Source: a virus
Length of the DNA stretch: 64,000 nt
Direction: 5' to 3' (one strand)
IMG/VR virus record: IMGVR_UViG_3300033141_005269
Coordinates: 13,416 to 77,415 of that record
Below are positions 61,650 through 64,000 of the stretch, one piece after another. Both the position numbers and the translations under genes were made by a program. Under the pieces are notes generated by a model. The model was not told where the DNA came from, did no database searches, and worked only from the letters and a program-made list of their open reading frames with translations. Position 1 is the stretch's first letter; every line of letters begins with the position of its first letter.

Positions 61650-62729
61650 GTGAAAATGAGGATATTAGTTACGGGTCATTCGGTGAATCATTATCGTCAG
61701 CAACGGATGTGGGAATGGATCGCAGAGCAAGAGCACGATGTTTTGTTATGCGGTCCGAGACAATGGAACGACGAGAAATATGATGTCGTGAAGAAGAAGC
61801 ATTTCATGCGAGTACCGCTTGGATTAACAAGTTTCAAAGGTATTTTTCATTATAGAATGCCGCAGTTACTCGAGATGATAGAAACTTTCAAGCCGGATGC
61901 TCTGGTTTGCTTTGAAGAGCCACCGAGTTTATTCGCTTTCGAGTGTATGAGTTATGCAAAGCTCTTTAGAGTGCCATGGGCCGTTTTCACATGGGAAAAC
62001 ATCCCGAAAGTTTACAATGCCTTTTATCGTAGCATAGAACGCGAAGTGCTGAACGAAGCTGACTTAGCAATAGCAGGGAATAGCGAAGCTGGACGTTTGC
62101 TTCAAATTAAAGGAGTTACGGAAGGAATTGTTTTGCCACAAAGTGGTTTAGATCCCGAATTATTCAGGCCACTGCCAGCAGCGAATAAGAAGCGAAAAAG
62201 AATCCTCTACGTTGGGCGCTTGGTGCCAGAAAAGGACATTCAGGGTATTTTAATAGCCTACGATCAAGTTGTGAAAAAGGAGATCGAGAACGTCGAATTG
62301 ATGTTTGTTGGTGGGCGGGGAAACGAACTCGAGAAAATCAAGAAGCATCCGGATTATGGGAAGACAGTTTTATGGGAGCCATGGAAGTCCTATGAAAGTT
62401 TGCCAGAAGTTTACGCGACCGCAGATGTAATAGTTTATACTTCACTCGATACACCATTTTGGATTGAGCAATGGGGCGCGGTATGTGGCGAGGCTTTGTT
62501 ATGTGAAAAACAGGTTGTTGCGAATATTGCTGGAGCTTTACCAGAATATTGGAAGTGTGACGACACCATCTTTGTGGCGCAAGGTGATCGAGACATGCTT
62601 GGATGGGCAATTGTGAAAGCATTGGAAAATCCGAAAGTCGCGAAAGCTGGACGAGAACATGTCAAGAAAAATTGGTCGATTGAAGTTGTTGGTGCTAAAT
62701 ATTTAAAGGCGTTGGAGAAGATAATATGA
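61650..62729 (+). CDS. GT4 glycosyltransferase
   Basis: TWEN, YVGRLVPEK, EQWGAVCGEA. Confidence 0.9.
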   Translation: MKMRILVTGHSVNHYRQQRMWEWIAEQEHDVLLCGPRQWNDEKYDVVKKKHFMRVPLGLTSFKGIFHYRMPQLLEMIETFKPDALVCFEEPPSLFAFECMSYAKLFRVPWAVFTWENIPKVYNAFYRSIEREVLNEADLAIAGNSEAGRLLQIKGVTEGIVLPQSGLDPELFRPLPAANKKRKRILYVGRLVPEKDIQGILIAYDQVVKKEIENVELMFVGGRGNELEKIKKHPDYGKTVLWEPWKSYESLPEVYATADVIVYTSLDTPFWIEQWGAVCGEALLCEKQVVANIAGALPEYWKCDDTIFVAQGDRDMLGWAIVKALENPKVAKAGREHVKKNWSIEVVGAKYLKALEKII

Positions 62730-63682
62730 AAGAAATACTCACTGTTTGTCCCGATGCATTTCCCGGAGTGAAGAGCCAATTTGAACATCTTGCCGTGACA
62801 ACGGGGATGACTGAGCATAGTCAGACGGTAAGCAAGAAAACTATCGAGGGCAAAAAACTAATCATTTTTGGAGCTTGGGATTATGATTACTACCGTGCGT
62901 TGAAACGCTTAATGGCTTATGATATCAAGAAGGGTCTGCTTTGGACGAGTCCAGTGGGTCAAGTTGGCTTTTCGCCTGAAATGATAGAAGTTTCCTTTTT
63001 GTGGCAAATTCGAGATGCACTGGAAAATAGAATGCTTGATTACTTATTCATCCCGACCAAGAGAATTACTAAAGCTTTTAAAAGAATATTTGGAGCTGAG
63101 AAAGTGAAGTACTTGCCGAATACATATGATTTAGAAAGCGTGGAAAAGTTTCGAGATCCAAGTTTACAGAAAGGTGAGGATTGGGTAAGTTTATACAATC
63201 CAGCTGGAACAAGGAAAAACATGCTGAATCAAATACTCGCGGCTAGATTAGCCGGAGTTTTGCTTCATTTGAATGGGATGCCGAAAATGCTCCAAGACTT
63301 TGCCGATTTAGTAGGTTTACGTTATGTCGATATGGGTTGGATGAGCAAGGAAAGTTATTTCAGGTCGATACAAACTATGAAGGTTGGTCTGAAGGTAAGC
63401 TATAGCGAAACCTTCGATTATTGTTTATTCGATCATTTTGTGATGAAAGTGCCGTGTTTATTCAGCAAGACTATCGAGTGGATACCTGATAAAACTGAAT
63501 GGAATGATCTACGCATTGATAATTTCGACGATCCAAACGAGATTGCGCTTAAGCTTCACGAATTAATACGAAGTGATCTGAAACGAAGTGGTTGGGGCGA
63601 AATAGTTTATAAAACTGCTTGCTCCGTAGCCGAGGAACGCAATCAAATTGCCATGGATGCTTTAAGGAGCGTGATTGAATGA
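62726..63682 (+). CDS. Glycosyltransferase-like protein
   Basis: RKN, SYSETF...KVP; context among glycosyltransferases. Confidence 0.65.
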   Translation: MKEILTVCPDAFPGVKSQFEHLAVTTGMTEHSQTVSKKTIEGKKLIIFGAWDYDYYRALKRLMAYDIKKGLLWTSPVGQVGFSPEMIEVSFLWQIRDALENRMLDYLFIPTKRITKAFKRIFGAEKVKYLPNTYDLESVEKFRDPSLQKGEDWVSLYNPAGTRKNMLNQILAARLAGVLLHLNGMPKMLQDFADLVGLRYVDMGWMSKESYFRSIQTMKVGLKVSYSETFDYCLFDHFVMKVPCLFSKTIEWIPDKTEWNDLRIDNFDDPNEIALKLHELIRSDLKRSGWGEIVYKTACSVAEERNQIAMDALRSVIE

Positions 63683-63824
63683 GTGAAATAATTGAGGATA
63701 TAATCAAAGAATTTGGATCGAAACTTACCCGGTTAGTGGTTAACGTATATGAAAACGAGGCAATACTCACAGAATTGGAAAAAGACCTCTGTGAAATAAA
63801 GAAGATTTTGAGGAGAATGAATGA

Positions 63825-64000
63825 ATGATAACCTATTCCGAAATCATGAAATATCATAACAAATTGGGGTTAATATGGAAGCTACCAACAATTCCACACG
63901 AAAGCGTAATATTGATCAATGAATTAAACCCGAAGGATCGAGTTTTAGACCTTGGCTGCGGGAATGGCTGGGTGTATCACGATGTTTTGCTACCAGCTGG
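63825..64000 (+). CDS. SAM methyltransferase (3'-truncated)
   Basis: RVLDLGCGNG. Confidence 0.75.
   Translation, partial: MITYSEIMKYHNKLGLIWKLPTIPHESVILINELNPKDRVLDLGCGNGWVYHDVLLPA

Noticed and set aside
1-64000. CRISPR array, tRNA, rRNA, integrase
   Set aside because: None recognised by eye. The recurring CCTCCAAAA is the SD of minus-strand genes, not a CRISPR repeat.

Overview
This window looks like part of a large archaeal tailed virus (Caudoviricetes-like) or provirus. It carries HK97-type head genes (terminase, portal, prohead protease/scaffold, cement, major capsid, head-tail and tail-completion proteins). It also carries archaeal-type genes (Alba, RadA/RadB-like ATPase, XPF/ERCC4, AEP primase, Endonuc_Holl-like resolvase), GGAGG/GGTGA Shine-Dalgarno motifs, TATA boxes, two LAGLIDADG inteins and many sugar-modification enzymes. 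A long minus-strand block of small 'early' genes (about 14-40 kb) diverges from an AT-rich repeat region at about 40.0-40.5 kb. The main finding is a set of at least 10 archaeal bulge-helix-bulge (BHB/BHL) splice motifs, read by hand and all on the minus strand. A MoxR AAA+ gene is cut into 5 exons by 4 introns (3 with HTH-LAGLIDADG endonucleases, plus a 22-nt micro-intron). The adjacent metallopeptidase-VWA gene has a fifth intron. Cutting at the canonical tRNA-splicing-endonuclease positions restores the reading frame and conserved motifs at every junction. Further BHB motifs would excise endonuclease-free small RNAs (85, 98, 115 nt) and two whole ORFs from a highly structured locus at 38.2-39.9 kb, arranged like archaeal pre-rRNA processing stems. 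I infer that the virus uses tRNA-type splicing to mature mRNAs and to make circular RNAs/mRNAs. An RNA ligase gene is also present. All family calls come from motif recognition by eye; no database search was run.
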